A stretch of 61,711 bases of DNA from an uncultured virus (IMG/VR IMGVR_UViG_3300042549_004976) (taxonomy: Duplodnaviria > Heunggongvirae > Uroviricota > Caudoviricetes), in the IMG/VR virus record IMGVR_UViG_3300042549_004976. One strand, 5' to 3'. The notes below the pieces were generated by a model, which worked only from the letters and a program-made list of their open reading frames with translations, ran no database searches and was not told the origin of the DNA. This document shows, piece by piece, positions 20,271-30,809 of this stretch. The translations under genes were made by a program, and so were the position numbers. Positions within the stretch are counted from its first letter, which is position 1. The number at the start of each line of letters is the position of its first letter.

Positions 20271-21262
20271 TGTCTGCCTACATCGACAAAAAATATATCA
20301 ACATGGTGTCGCCGCAACTACAGCGGTTCAAGTGGAAGAGTGCAGAACTAGCCAATTGCCGATGTCCTCTTTGCGGAGACTCACAACGCAACAAGACAAA
20401 GGCTCGTGGTTTTTTCTTTCCGAAGAAGAACGACTACTTTTTTAAATGCCACAACTGTGGTATTGGTCACTCCATGTATCGGTTCTTGCAGTTCGTGGCT
20501 CCTGCTCTTGCACACGAGTACGCGCTTGAGCGGTGGCGCAACGGCGAGAACGGAAAAAGTAATTATGTAAAGCCTGACGAGCAGATTCTTGCCCTGCCAA
20601 AAGCGGATATCCGTCTGCCAAAAATTGCATCGCTTCCCACCGATCATCCCGCACAGAAATATTTGGAGTCTCGCAAGGTTCCACACCTTGACCGTTTCTA
20701 TTTTTCAAATAGTTTTGGTGATTGGGTTAGATCCATTGACCCTACATACCTTACCGTTCCGAATGACGAGCGTATCGTTATACCGTTCGTGAACAAAGCA
20801 GGGGATCTCGTAGCAGCGCAAGGACGCAGCCTAAGTGGTTCCAAGAATGCCATCCGATACATCACCGTGAAGTTCTGCAAAGACGGCAGAGCCATTTACG
20901 GCGAAGATCGTTTGGACTACTCTAGGAGAGTCTATGCAGTTGAAGGTCCGATTGATTCTGTATTTTTGGATAATGGCATTGCTTTGGCAGGTTGCGAACT
21001 CGCCCACGCTACTAAACTCTTTAGTGATTGCGTTATTGTATACGATAATGAGCCTCGCAACACGGAGATTGTCGCCAAAGTGCAAGAAGCCATCTCCGCA
21101 GGGTACACCGTATGCGTGTGGTCTGACAGCGTAGACGAGAAAGACATTAACGACATGGTGCTTGCAGGACGCACACCACAAGAAGTTCAGAAGTTGATTG
21201 ACGAGTGTTCGTGTAGTGGTCTTGTTGCCCATGCACGGTTTTCACAATGGAGGATGCGATGA
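20270..21262 (+). CDS. DNA primase (T4 gp61-like)
   Basis: CPLCGDS..CHNCG zinc ribbon; VEGPIDS, YDNE, KDIND. Confidence 0.94.
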   Translation: MSAYIDKKYINMVSPQLQRFKWKSAELANCRCPLCGDSQRNKTKARGFFFPKKNDYFFKCHNCGIGHSMYRFLQFVAPALAHEYALERWRNGENGKSNYVKPDEQILALPKADIRLPKIASLPTDHPAQKYLESRKVPHLDRFYFSNSFGDWVRSIDPTYLTVPNDERIVIPFVNKAGDLVAAQGRSLSGSKNAIRYITVKFCKDGRAIYGEDRLDYSRRVYAVEGPIDSVFLDNGIALAGCELAHATKLFSDCVIVYDNEPRNTEIVAKVQEAISAGYTVCVWSDSVDEKDINDMVLAGRTPQEVQKLIDECSCSGLVAHARFSQWRMR

Positions 21263-21942
21263 AAGAAGTAAAGGTTCTTGATAACGGATTCGTGCAGTAT
21301 GTTTCTCATATGGGAAATGATTTAACTGTTGCAAATGCAGCGCGTGTATCGTTTCACAAGATTAGCGAAGAGTTCACCGACAAGGACGGTAAACTTATTA
21401 ACTATCTTGCCAAGCACAAGCATTGGACTCCGTTCGCCCATCCACAAATCACACTGCGGATCAAGGCTCCCATCTTTGTTCGCACCCAACTCTTTAAACA
21501 TAAAGTTGGCATGACTGAGAATGAAGTAAGCCGCCGCTATGTTTCCGATCCACCCGTGGTGTACCTTCCTCGTTGGCGTGGCAAGCCTACAGGTGGAGCC
21601 AAACAAGGCTCCGAAGACTTTATGCCTATAGATGACGAGTACAACACTGTGAATCGACACTACGAAATAACGGTGCGGGAATGCCTACTAACCTATGATG
21701 AACTCCTGAAGCGGGGCGTGGCTCCCGAACAGGCTCGTGCGGTGCTGCCACAGGGAACCTATACCGAATGGTGGTGGACGGGATCGCTCTCGGCATTCGC
21801 AAGAGTGTACTCACAACGCAGTGATTCTCATGCACAATGGGAATGTCAAGAGTACGCCTCCGCAATAGCAGCAGTAATCTCTCCACTATTCCCCCATTCT
21901 TGGGGTGCTTTAACCGCCAAGCCACCCATCTCCCTCGCCTAA
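21259..21942 (+). CDS. thyX: Flavin-dependent thymidylate synthase
   Basis: AARVS, HWTPF, NEVSRRY, PEQARAVLP, HAQWE. Confidence 0.93.
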   Translation: MKEVKVLDNGFVQYVSHMGNDLTVANAARVSFHKISEEFTDKDGKLINYLAKHKHWTPFAHPQITLRIKAPIFVRTQLFKHKVGMTENEVSRRYVSDPPVVYLPRWRGKPTGGAKQGSEDFMPIDDEYNTVNRHYEITVRECLLTYDELLKRGVAPEQARAVLPQGTYTEWWWTGSLSAFARVYSQRSDSHAQWECQEYASAIAAVISPLFPHSWGALTAKPPISLA

Positions 21943-21945
21943 ATA
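21939..21945 (+). promoter_or_regulatory. T4-type late promoter (CTAAATA)
   Basis: CTAAATA 5 nt before ATG 21951; same or related motif at 8315, 9511, 31325, 35473, 36341. Confidence 0.65.
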
Positions 21946-21950
21946 CGGGG

Positions 21951-23612
21951 ATGACCGATTCACCTAGTTCAAACTCACCCACAGAGCCGCGCCGAACTGC
22001 TGCCATTTCCAGTGGTAAGTATTCATCGGGTTCTGTATTTCGTTTAGTACGGGAGATCCGTGGTTCCGCGTACTCTGTGGGTGACGAGTTTATTCTTTCA
22101 GAAGAGCAGGACTGCTTTAATCCTAGCATTCTACGGCTTGGTGGCGTTGGCGAAAACTATTTTGCTGACCCAAGTGGTCGCCCTCTTAAAATTGAAGCGG
22201 GAGACAAGCAGATTGATTCTATTTTTCAATTGGTAGAACCCACTGCTGTACCATTACTAGAAGAAATTAAAGTGGTTTCGCCTCCTGTACGAAATGTTTC
22301 AGAGACAGAGTTTTCTGCATTCCGTTCAGGGTTGGCTGATCTACTCACTGAGATTTCTGCTGTTACGCCCACACAAGGTGAACGAGGCGAACGGGGTACT
22401 CGTGGATACACAGGTGTTCAGGGAGCAAAAGGCGATAAGGGTGACAAGGGAGATCAGGGAGAACAAGGACAAGCAGGAATCACTGGTGAACGGGGACAGC
22501 AAGGTGAGCAGGGAGTTGCTGGTGTTCAGGGTGATAAGGGAGACAAAGGCGATACGGGTAGTAGTGGTGCTGATGGAGTGCAAGGAGTTCAAGGCAACAA
22601 GGGTGATAAGGGTGATCGCGGAGATCAGGGGCTGCAAGGAGTTCAGGGCAAGAAGGGCGACACGGGAGTTGCAGGTAAAAAAGGAGACAAGGGCGACAAG
22701 GGAGATCGCGGTGAGCAAGGACTTCGCGGTGTTAGTGGTGCGCGAGGCGAAGCAGGAGTAGCAGGAGTAGCAGGTAAACGCGGTGCTGATGGTGCTGACG
22801 GCAAGGCGGGAGTCAAGGGAGTCCGAGGAGCCAAGGGAGATAAAGGCAGCACTGGCGATTCAGGTATTGTTTCTGCTAAGTTTCCACTTGTTTATGACGC
22901 AGCCGAAAAAACCATCTCAATTGATGAGGCACGGCTAGACAAAATTCTCAAGAAGATTCTTGGCGGCGGCAAGGTGTCTCCACAAGACATGGGTTGGCTT
23001 GCGTCCACGGGTGGTGGCGGCAAGGTGGCTGTGCACATTAACGGCTCCAAGATTACTCCTGATGTTCGCACACTAGACTTTACAGGCGCAGGAGTCACGG
23101 CTTCCAAGGTTGGTGGCAAGGTCACCATTAATTTTACAGGCACAGGTGGTGGAACCGCCGCAGCAGGAACAAACTTCTACTATCGAGAAAATCCACCTGT
23201 TGCGATTGATGGAGTTACTATTGGTTCTCGTTGGATGGACTCCGACAACGGACAAGAGTACATCTACATTAATGACGGAAATACTCAGCAGTGGGTGCAG
23301 CCAGCAATTCCAAATGTAATATCAAGTGTTGTTCACACCGTTGTGACTATTAGTGCCGCAACTTACGAGGCAAGCAATCTAGACTATTACATTGGGGTTA
23401 GTTCTGGAGTTCCATCAACTATTACTCTGCCTGAAGGACCAGCATACGGGCGAGAGGTAATAATTAAAGATGAATCAGGGCAGTCAAACACCTACCCTAT
23501 CACGGTGGTTGGTGCAGATTCCGCTCTCATAGATAATCAGGCTGGTGTTACTATTGATACCAACAATAGAGCAATTCATTTTATATACAACAGTGGATGG
23601 AGAATAATATAA
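21951..23612 (+). CDS. Collagen triple-helix fibre protein
   Basis: About 50 G-X-Y triplets (~22375-22865); C-terminal ITLP..GREVIIKDESG domain. Confidence 0.85.
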   Translation: MTDSPSSNSPTEPRRTAAISSGKYSSGSVFRLVREIRGSAYSVGDEFILSEEQDCFNPSILRLGGVGENYFADPSGRPLKIEAGDKQIDSIFQLVEPTAVPLLEEIKVVSPPVRNVSETEFSAFRSGLADLLTEISAVTPTQGERGERGTRGYTGVQGAKGDKGDKGDQGEQGQAGITGERGQQGEQGVAGVQGDKGDKGDTGSSGADGVQGVQGNKGDKGDRGDQGLQGVQGKKGDTGVAGKKGDKGDKGDRGEQGLRGVSGARGEAGVAGVAGKRGADGADGKAGVKGVRGAKGDKGSTGDSGIVSAKFPLVYDAAEKTISIDEARLDKILKKILGGGKVSPQDMGWLASTGGGGKVAVHINGSKITPDVRTLDFTGAGVTASKVGGKVTINFTGTGGGTAAAGTNFYYRENPPVAIDGVTIGSRWMDSDNGQEYIYINDGNTQQWVQPAIPNVISSVVHTVVTISAATYEASNLDYYIGVSSGVPSTITLPEGPAYGREVIIKDESGQSNTYPITVVGADSALIDNQAGVTIDTNNRAIHFIYNSGWRII

Positions 23613-23616
23613 TTCC

Positions 23617-24048
23617 ATGCCACTAGATTTCCCCCCATCACCAAGCGTAAACAATACCTACTCCTTTGGCGGAAAAACATGGAAGTGGAATGGTGCTGCA
23701 TGGGAGGTATTTTTCAGTATTGATAGCGGTGCTGCTGTCGTGGGCACTTCATTTGAAGTGGAAGTAACTGCTGGAGCAACTCAATACATTATTGGATTAC
23801 CTAATAATGTGGTGATAGGCAGTGGAATCAGCACAAATTATTTGAATTTTGCTAATGGATCCACCTTTTCGGGAAACTCTTCAGGCGTAACTCTTTCTAA
23901 TACTTTGAATGTTTCGGGTGATCTAAATATAGCAGGACGACTCCTCGTAGATGGGGTCATTGTCAGCAAATCAGGATTCAGTGGATTTACTGGAAACGGT
24001 ATAGTTGAGCCAGTAACTGATGTAGACCTAGACGGAGGAGAATTCTAA
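23617..24048 (+). CDS. Virion fibre-associated protein
   Basis: MPLDFPPSPS..GKTWKWNGAAW N-terminus; ends DGGEF. Confidence 0.6.
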   Translation: MPLDFPPSPSVNNTYSFGGKTWKWNGAAWEVFFSIDSGAAVVGTSFEVEVTAGATQYIIGLPNNVVIGSGISTNYLNFANGSTFSGNSSGVTLSNTLNVSGDLNIAGRLLVDGVIVSKSGFSGFTGNGIVEPVTDVDLDGGEF

Positions 24049-24049
24049 A

Positions 24050-25531
24050 ATGGCAATTATCCGTATAAAACGATCAACAGGAACCAATTTACCATCAGGT
24101 CTTACCTTTGGCGAGTTGGCGTTTGTGCAAGGCAGTGGAGCCACCGCAAATCGTTTGTATATTGCAGGTAGTTCAGGTGGAACCGCATGGGTCGGCGCAG
24201 AGATTCTCAATTCTCCCATCTATTGGAGTGGACTAACTGCACAAACCACTCTTGCAACCATTTCTGCAACCGAAAACCGAATTGTTGCTGGTGGTGGTGT
24301 AACATTTGCATCAGATATAACAGTAAATATTAGTGCAGGTAAATATTTTGGAAAGTATACTCGCGGAGACATTATTCCCGCAACAGGAAAAACTGTTAAA
24401 GAAGTGGTAGAGTTGTCACTTAGTGAAGTGATTACACCCCTGATAACTATTGTCCCATCAGGAACTATTGATTTTGGTCAGACATCTGGAAGCATCTCCC
24501 TTGCTGTTACCTACACCATCAAGACCGCAGGAGCAAGCGCAGCAGGTTCCACGCTAGAATTCCAGTATAACGGTGCTGCAAGTTGGACAACTCTATCTAC
24601 TGCCCTAAAGGATGATGCCAAGGGAACGGATCAGCAATACACTGGTTCATTCACGCATAACACATGGAATCGTGCGAGTGATGCGGGATCTGGTGGTACA
24701 TACGGAACCACAGTATTCAACTACAGATACACCATTCACGACACATTCGGTGCAACCGCAACCATATCAACAACGAGAACTCCTGGAGGTGCATCTTCTC
24801 CAACTGTTGACACTTTTGTTGCTGCTGGAAATGTGTCTGCTCCCGAAACCAATACCGTGCGAGAAAAAGGAAATACTTACTCCACCATTACAGCCACTTT
24901 AAGAAGAGTGAATCAGTATGTTCCTCTGACATTCTGGAAACTCCAATACAGAGAAAATGGCATTGGTGCATACGCAGACACAAACACGCCTTCTGCTGGT
25001 TTTCAAGCAGTTAGCGGAAATCCTGGCACTGTTTCTATCAGTACCAATCACGCCCCTGCTAACACAGTGAATCGGGTTGACTATCAAGTTGTGGTTCGTG
25101 ATCAGTATAGAGACACGATAAACGCAAATGGTGTAGATGTCACTCCAACACCTAATCCTGGTGTATCTTTTGGTTACAAGATATTCTACGGGGCAACCGC
25201 TTCCATTCCAACGAATTCGGCGGGTGTGCGTACTCTTCCTGGTGTAAGCATGGCAAGCGGAACCAATGCGTTCCCTAATCCATTCACACTGAACAGCGGA
25301 ATTGCATTTAAAAACTTTGTTATTGCCTTGCCTACAAACATAACCGTATTAACACAAGCAGATTTGGAAGCAATTAGCGCAAGTCCAGGCTACGCACTAA
25401 GCGGTTCGCTGACCGCTGTTAATGATGTAGCAGGAAACTCTAAAAATTATAATGTGTATACCCTGACGAACGGAAGTACCTATGCCGAAAATCACCGTCA
25501 TGTCATAACAACCACAGGAACGGTAGCCTAA
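24050..25531 (+). CDS. Fibre/structural protein with Mtd_N-like N-terminus
   Basis: IRIKRS..PSGLTFGELA; Thr/Gly-rich beta domains. Confidence 0.6.
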   Translation: MAIIRIKRSTGTNLPSGLTFGELAFVQGSGATANRLYIAGSSGGTAWVGAEILNSPIYWSGLTAQTTLATISATENRIVAGGGVTFASDITVNISAGKYFGKYTRGDIIPATGKTVKEVVELSLSEVITPLITIVPSGTIDFGQTSGSISLAVTYTIKTAGASAAGSTLEFQYNGAASWTTLSTALKDDAKGTDQQYTGSFTHNTWNRASDAGSGGTYGTTVFNYRYTIHDTFGATATISTTRTPGGASSPTVDTFVAAGNVSAPETNTVREKGNTYSTITATLRRVNQYVPLTFWKLQYRENGIGAYADTNTPSAGFQAVSGNPGTVSISTNHAPANTVNRVDYQVVVRDQYRDTINANGVDVTPTPNPGVSFGYKIFYGATASIPTNSAGVRTLPGVSMASGTNAFPNPFTLNSGIAFKNFVIALPTNITVLTQADLEAISASPGYALSGSLTAVNDVAGNSKNYNVYTLTNGSTYAENHRHVITTTGTVA

Positions 25532-25532
25532 T

Positions 25533-27497
25533 ATGCCACTTCATCAATTCACAAGCGGTCTTCAATTAGGATACGGAATACAGCCCGTAAATCCTGTTCC
25601 TGTTGATTCATTTTCTGGTCCATATGCTGCGGGAACAACCACTGCCGCAGTTGAATTGGCAAATGCCACCATTCCTGCTGCCCTGCGATTCTTGTCACTT
25701 GAAGTACGAATTTTGGCTCCTTATGAGGGTGCAACCCTTGCATACAAGTACTGGTATCGTGGCAGTACAGCAGATAATGGACTTGTAGAATTTTCGTCTG
25801 CTTCCAATTCCACTGATTCTGGAGTAACACTAGCAGTCGCTGGCGCAGGAATTGTGCTGTCTCCCGCAGGAGGAACAGGAACAGTTACATTTATCAATAA
25901 TGGTGTGTTGTCATTCAACGGCAATACTGGTGCTGTTAGTGGTGCTTCACTTGGTGCAAACACCTTTACGGCACTCAATACCTTTAATGCAGGTATCACC
26001 ACATCATCTATTTACGCTTCGACAGGATCCACTTTTGGTGCACGAGTTGATGTTGCTGGTGTTCTTGATGTTGCTGGTGGTGTCACACTAGAAGCAACTC
26101 TTGATGTAACTAGTGTTGCTAAATTCAATAGCAATGTTACTCTCGGCGATGAAGTTGCAGATATTATAACCGTAAATGGTCGGTTTATAGCAAATGCAGG
26201 TATTACAGCAAATGCAGGTATTACTACAGCATTCATCTACGCTTCCACAGGATCCACTTTCGGTGGAACCCTCGTAGTAAACGGTGGAGCAACCTTTGCC
26301 GCGACAGATCACTCTGGTGTTGCTAGATTTGCAGCAGGACTCACCACAAGTACTCTTGATGTTGTGGGCATCTCCAGGTTTGCAGGTGGTTCAACCTTCT
26401 CAGGCATCGCTACATTCACTTCTGGTATTACTACTTCATTCGTCTACGCTTCGACTGGTTCTACCTTTGGCGCACGAGTCGATGTTGCAGGTGTTCTTGA
26501 TGTTGTTGGTGGTGTCACACTAGAAAATACTCTTGATGTTAGTGGTGTAGCGCGGTTCACCGTAGGTATTACCACATCAACTCTTAATTCTTCAGGAGCA
26601 ATTAGAGCCAACGGAGGACTGACTGCTTCCACTCTTGATGTTCAGGGTGTTTCCAAGTTTGCAGGTGGAGCAACATTCGCTTCCCCTGCTGATTTTGCTT
26701 CTGCTGCCAAATTTGCTGTGGGGTTGACCTCTAGCGGAGATGTGGTTGTTGGTTCTGCTGGTACCGTACTCAAGACAAACGGCGATGCCACCATTGGTGC
26801 AACTCTCACGGTGAACGGAAACTTCTTTGTTGCAGGAACACTGACCACTGTTAACCGAACCGATCTTTCCATTGACGATAAGACCATTACTCTTGGTAGA
26901 ACTCTTGCAGATGATGCTCTTGCAGACGGTGGTGGACTGTCTCTCAATGGATCATCTCCTAGAACACTCACTTGGAGCAACAGTGCCGATGCGTGGACAA
27001 GCAACGACAACTTTAATGTTACTACTGGTTACGGCTACAAGGTAAACAACACCACAGCCCTTGCTTCAGGCATGGTTCACGGGTTGAGTGCTTCGACAGG
27101 AATAATTACTGGTGGTACATGGGCAGCAAACCTGATTGGTCTTACCTACGGGGGAACAAACAAGGATCTATCGGGAGCGGCTGCTTTTGGAGTTGTATAC
27201 AAAGATGCCGACAGTATGGAAGTCACGGCAGCAGGAACTTCAGGACAAATTCTAAAGTCCAACGGTTCTGCTGCCCCAACATGGATAGATGTGACTTCTC
27301 TGTCTGGTCTAACAGCAGCAAAGGTCAAAACCACCGCCACGAATACCGCAGGAACATACTTCCTTACATTCGTAACGGCTGCTTCAGACTCTACTGATCT
27401 GTTTGTTGATACCACCACAGGCGTAACCTACGATGCAAACACAGGTTTATTGTCCTGCACAAAGTTAGAAGCACTTGTTGATGGTGGTACATTTTGA
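25533..27497 (+). CDS. Tail/head fibre protein with internal repeats
   Basis: Repeats of GITTSxIYASTGSTFGARVDVAG; IDDKTITLG..ADGGGL; ends DGGTF. Confidence 0.7.
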   Translation: MPLHQFTSGLQLGYGIQPVNPVPVDSFSGPYAAGTTTAAVELANATIPAALRFLSLEVRILAPYEGATLAYKYWYRGSTADNGLVEFSSASNSTDSGVTLAVAGAGIVLSPAGGTGTVTFINNGVLSFNGNTGAVSGASLGANTFTALNTFNAGITTSSIYASTGSTFGARVDVAGVLDVAGGVTLEATLDVTSVAKFNSNVTLGDEVADIITVNGRFIANAGITANAGITTAFIYASTGSTFGGTLVVNGGATFAATDHSGVARFAAGLTTSTLDVVGISRFAGGSTFSGIATFTSGITTSFVYASTGSTFGARVDVAGVLDVVGGVTLENTLDVSGVARFTVGITTSTLNSSGAIRANGGLTASTLDVQGVSKFAGGATFASPADFASAAKFAVGLTSSGDVVVGSAGTVLKTNGDATIGATLTVNGNFFVAGTLTTVNRTDLSIDDKTITLGRTLADDALADGGGLSLNGSSPRTLTWSNSADAWTSNDNFNVTTGYGYKVNNTTALASGMVHGLSASTGIITGGTWAANLIGLTYGGTNKDLSGAAAFGVVYKDADSMEVTAAGTSGQILKSNGSAAPTWIDVTSLSGLTAAKVKTTATNTAGTYFLTFVTAASDSTDLFVDTTTGVTYDANTGLLSCTKLEALVDGGTF

Positions 27498-27538
27498 TCA
27501 CCTAGTTTGATCGCCTAGATAGAGTGAAAGGCTTTACT

Positions 27539-27754
27539 ATGAACGAACCAAATTACAATGAGACTGTTGTGATTCCGTTGCTTCAGAAGAAGTTTCAGGA
27601 ACTCACTAACGCAAATCTAGTATTGGAGGCTAATCTTCTTGTGGAAAAGGAGAAAAATGCCTATTTACAAAAGCAGATAGCGTACATTCGTGGCGACACG
27701 CCACCAAAGAAAAAGAAAAAAGATGACTTGGTGATAGACGGCAACTCCGTCTAA
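27539..27754 (+). CDS. Small coiled-coil protein, paralog of 30810-31328
   Basis: NETVVIPLLQKK..ANLVLEANLL. Confidence 0.55.
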   Translation: MNEPNYNETVVIPLLQKKFQELTNANLVLEANLLVEKEKNAYLQKQIAYIRGDTPPKKKKKDDLVIDGNSV

Positions 27755-27762
27755 AATATTTA

Positions 27763-28620
27763 ATGGCAAAAATAATCACAAAATATTCAACGACTGGTGG
27801 CTCATCTCCAAGTGGTTTGACCACTGGCGAGTTGGCTGTGAATATTTTAGACAAAAAACTGTATGTTGGTGGTGCAGCAGGACCTGTAAGTCTGTCTGAT
27901 TCGTATGTAAACTCTTTTAATGGTAGAACAGGTGCAGTTCAGGGTGTGTCTGCCGCCAACGGACTTACAGGTGCGGTTACATGGGCAGCGGGTACAGGTC
28001 TAGATGTTTCCTCTGGTGGTGGAGCCATTACCTACGGAATTGGTGCGGGATTCGCACTACTACGCTCTGTTGGAAACACAGCCGCCTTGGATAATATATC
28101 TAATCCGAGCATTGGTGACTTGGTGTTTGTGCAGGATCGAGGAACTTACTACTACTGGGATTACTACGCCGCAGGAGGGACACTCGCGTGGATTAACATT
28201 AGTTTAATTTCAAATGCATTGCAAGGAGATCTGAACGGTGACGGATCCGTTAATGGTGCAGACCTCGGCATTTTGCTTAATAGTTGGTCTGTACTATCTG
28301 GTAGCAATTCCTTGACTATCGGTGTTAAAGACGGCATAACAGGTGCTTTTAAAATATTTGCAGACGGAAGTGCCAATCCCAAGAAGCAAGAAATGGTTGT
28401 GGTGTCAACCCAAGGCACCACATCAGCATTCTCAGTAAACACAGACACTCTGTATTTTACGGGATTAGTTGAAATAGACGGCGAGAATGTGGATAAGGTT
28501 GCGTTAACCGTCTACAACGGAAAAACAGAACTGTATGGCGACACCACCGTTAACGGAACCCTACAACTCCTTAACGGGGGAATTTCGGGTGGATTTATAG
28601 ACGGTGGAACATTTGTATAA
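27763..28620 (+). CDS. Fibre protein with Mtd_N-like N-terminus and dockerin-like loop
   Basis: PSGLTTGELAVN; GDLNGDGSVNGADLGILL; ends DGGTFV. Confidence 0.65.
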   Translation: MAKIITKYSTTGGSSPSGLTTGELAVNILDKKLYVGGAAGPVSLSDSYVNSFNGRTGAVQGVSAANGLTGAVTWAAGTGLDVSSGGGAITYGIGAGFALLRSVGNTAALDNISNPSIGDLVFVQDRGTYYYWDYYAAGGTLAWINISLISNALQGDLNGDGSVNGADLGILLNSWSVLSGSNSLTIGVKDGITGAFKIFADGSANPKKQEMVVVSTQGTTSAFSVNTDTLYFTGLVEIDGENVDKVALTVYNGKTELYGDTTVNGTLQLLNGGISGGFIDGGTFV

Positions 28621-28671
28621 TTACCTATATAGTAACAGCATACTTTACTATTAACTTTTAAGGAACGTATC

Positions 28672-30723
28672 ATGGCAACTCAACTAACTTTCCGCAGAGG
28701 CACATCCGAACCAACTCAAGCATCAGGATTGACTCTTGGTGAACCAGCGTTTAATACCTCGCTGAGTACTTTCCATATTGGAAGAGGTGCAGGTGTTACG
28801 GCTGCTTGGGTTGGTGCACAAATCAGTGGTCTGTCTACGGGCATTGCTGCGGGACTTACCTTGCAGGTTCCAACCATGTCTGCGGTTAAAGACTATGTTG
28901 CAAGCACCACATCGGGTGTTGCCACTCTAAACAGTTTAACAGGCACAGTTACCCTTGCTGCTGGCACTAATATTGGAGTCACCACTGCTGGCAGTAGTAT
29001 TACTGTTACGAACTTGGGTGTGCAAACCTTTAACGGACTCACGGGTGCTGTTGGCGGTGTCACCACATCTGCTGCAAACACCTTTACCGCACTTAATACT
29101 TTCAACGCAGGTATTAGTGCTGCTGGTGGTGTGACTTTTGCAGGTGACATTGCAGTCAATGGTGGTGATATCACCACTTCAAGTGCTACTGCAACAGTAT
29201 TTAACACAACTACAACTAACTTGAGTATTGGTAGTGCTGCTACTACTTTGACAATGGGTGCTACTTCTGGTACTGCATCTATTAGAAACTCTAATATAAT
29301 TTTGGGCACTTCGAGTAGCACCTTTATTGCAACACCTGTCAGTACTAATAATGACTTATATATTAGTCCATATGGAAATTTGTTATTAGCACCAAGTTCA
29401 AGTAGTGTAGGTGACGGTACATATGCATCAGTGGTTGTCACCAATAGTACTGATGCAGCAGGTCAAGTACAGATTGCTGGAGGTGATCTTTATCTTGGTA
29501 CAAAATCTGTAGATGGAGCGGTGTTTACATCTGTCAATGTAATATTTGAAGGTTCGGGGAATGCCGATTCCAACAAAACAACAGTAACTGTAGACAACCC
29601 AACAGCAAATCGTACAATCACCTTACCTAATGCTTCTGGTACTGTTGCACTCACTAGTCAGTTAATGGGGGCAGTGAACGGCTCTACGGCTGCAACCAAC
29701 GCAGTGACTTCTTTCAACGGACTCACTGGTGCAGTCACAGGTGCATCACTTGGTGCAAACACCTTTACTGGACTCAACACATTCAACTCAGGTATCACCA
29801 CATCATTCATCTATGTTTCCACAGGATCCACCTTTGGTGCACGAGTTGATGTTGCTGGTATTCTTGATGTTGTTGGTGGTGTCACAATGGAATCTACCAG
29901 TGATCATGCTGGTGCTGCCAGATTTGCTTCAACGCTTGTTTCCACAGGTTCAATAACCGCAAATGGTGGATTGACTGCTTCCACCCTTGATGTGAGTGGT
30001 ACTGCCAGAACAACAGGCAACATGACTGTTGGTGCAACGCTCACAGTCACGGGAAACTTACTTGTTAACGGCACAACAACCACGATTAACTCCACTACAC
30101 TTTCAGTGGACGACAAAAATATTGTGCTTGCTGATGGTAATGTACTAGATGCATCCGCCGATGGTGGTGGTATTACTCTTAAAGGAGCCACAGATAAAAC
30201 CTTTAATTGGGTGGATGGAACCGATTCGTGGACAAGCAGCGAACACATGGATCTTGCCGCAACAAAGGTGTTCAAGATTGGAACAAGCACGGTTCTATCA
30301 TCAAGTGCTCTTGGCAGTGGTGTTACTGGATCTAGTCTTACCGCAGTTGGAACACTCGCAACAGGCGTATGGCAAGCCACAGCGATTGGTGCAACCTACG
30401 GTGGTACGGGACTTACTTCATACACCATTGGTGATGTGATCTACGCAAACGGCACAAGTTCTCTTGCTAAACTTACTACTACCACGGCAGGATATCTGCT
30501 GGCGGCAAACGGTGCTGGTGCTGCTCCTGAGTACAAGCAAGTACTGATTAAAGACGCTGCTGCAAACTCTATTGCCACGATCCTATCTGGATCAGGAACT
30601 CTTACTGCTACTATTCAGAATGCTACCTCATCACTAAAGGGAGTTGCATCGTTTGATAACACAAACTTTACTGTTAGTACTGGAGCAGTTACGATTACAG
30701 GAGTAGACGGTGGCACTTACTGA
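28672..30723 (+). CDS. Fibre protein
   Basis: LTFRRG..GLTLGEPAFN; PTANRTITLPNASGTVAL; VDDKNIVL..ADGGGITL; ends DGGTY. Confidence 0.72.
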   Translation: MATQLTFRRGTSEPTQASGLTLGEPAFNTSLSTFHIGRGAGVTAAWVGAQISGLSTGIAAGLTLQVPTMSAVKDYVASTTSGVATLNSLTGTVTLAAGTNIGVTTAGSSITVTNLGVQTFNGLTGAVGGVTTSAANTFTALNTFNAGISAAGGVTFAGDIAVNGGDITTSSATATVFNTTTTNLSIGSAATTLTMGATSGTASIRNSNIILGTSSSTFIATPVSTNNDLYISPYGNLLLAPSSSSVGDGTYASVVVTNSTDAAGQVQIAGGDLYLGTKSVDGAVFTSVNVIFEGSGNADSNKTTVTVDNPTANRTITLPNASGTVALTSQLMGAVNGSTAATNAVTSFNGLTGAVTGASLGANTFTGLNTFNSGITTSFIYVSTGSTFGARVDVAGILDVVGGVTMESTSDHAGAARFASTLVSTGSITANGGLTASTLDVSGTARTTGNMTVGATLTVTGNLLVNGTTTTINSTTLSVDDKNIVLADGNVLDASADGGGITLKGATDKTFNWVDGTDSWTSSEHMDLAATKVFKIGTSTVLSSSALGSGVTGSSLTAVGTLATGVWQATAIGATYGGTGLTSYTIGDVIYANGTSSLAKLTTTTAGYLLAANGAGAAPEYKQVLIKDAAANSIATILSGSGTLTATIQNATSSLKGVASFDNTNFTVSTGAVTITGVDGGTY

Positions 30724-30809
30724 TTGAAAATATTACAGTGGTTGGGTAGCAGAGCGTAAAGGCTCTGCTGTCCACATACATACTACAGCCTCTTGAAAGG
30801 AGATATATT

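Noticed and set aside
22375..22865. CRISPR-like or satellite repeat
   Set aside because: Periodicity is explained by collagen G-X-Y codons
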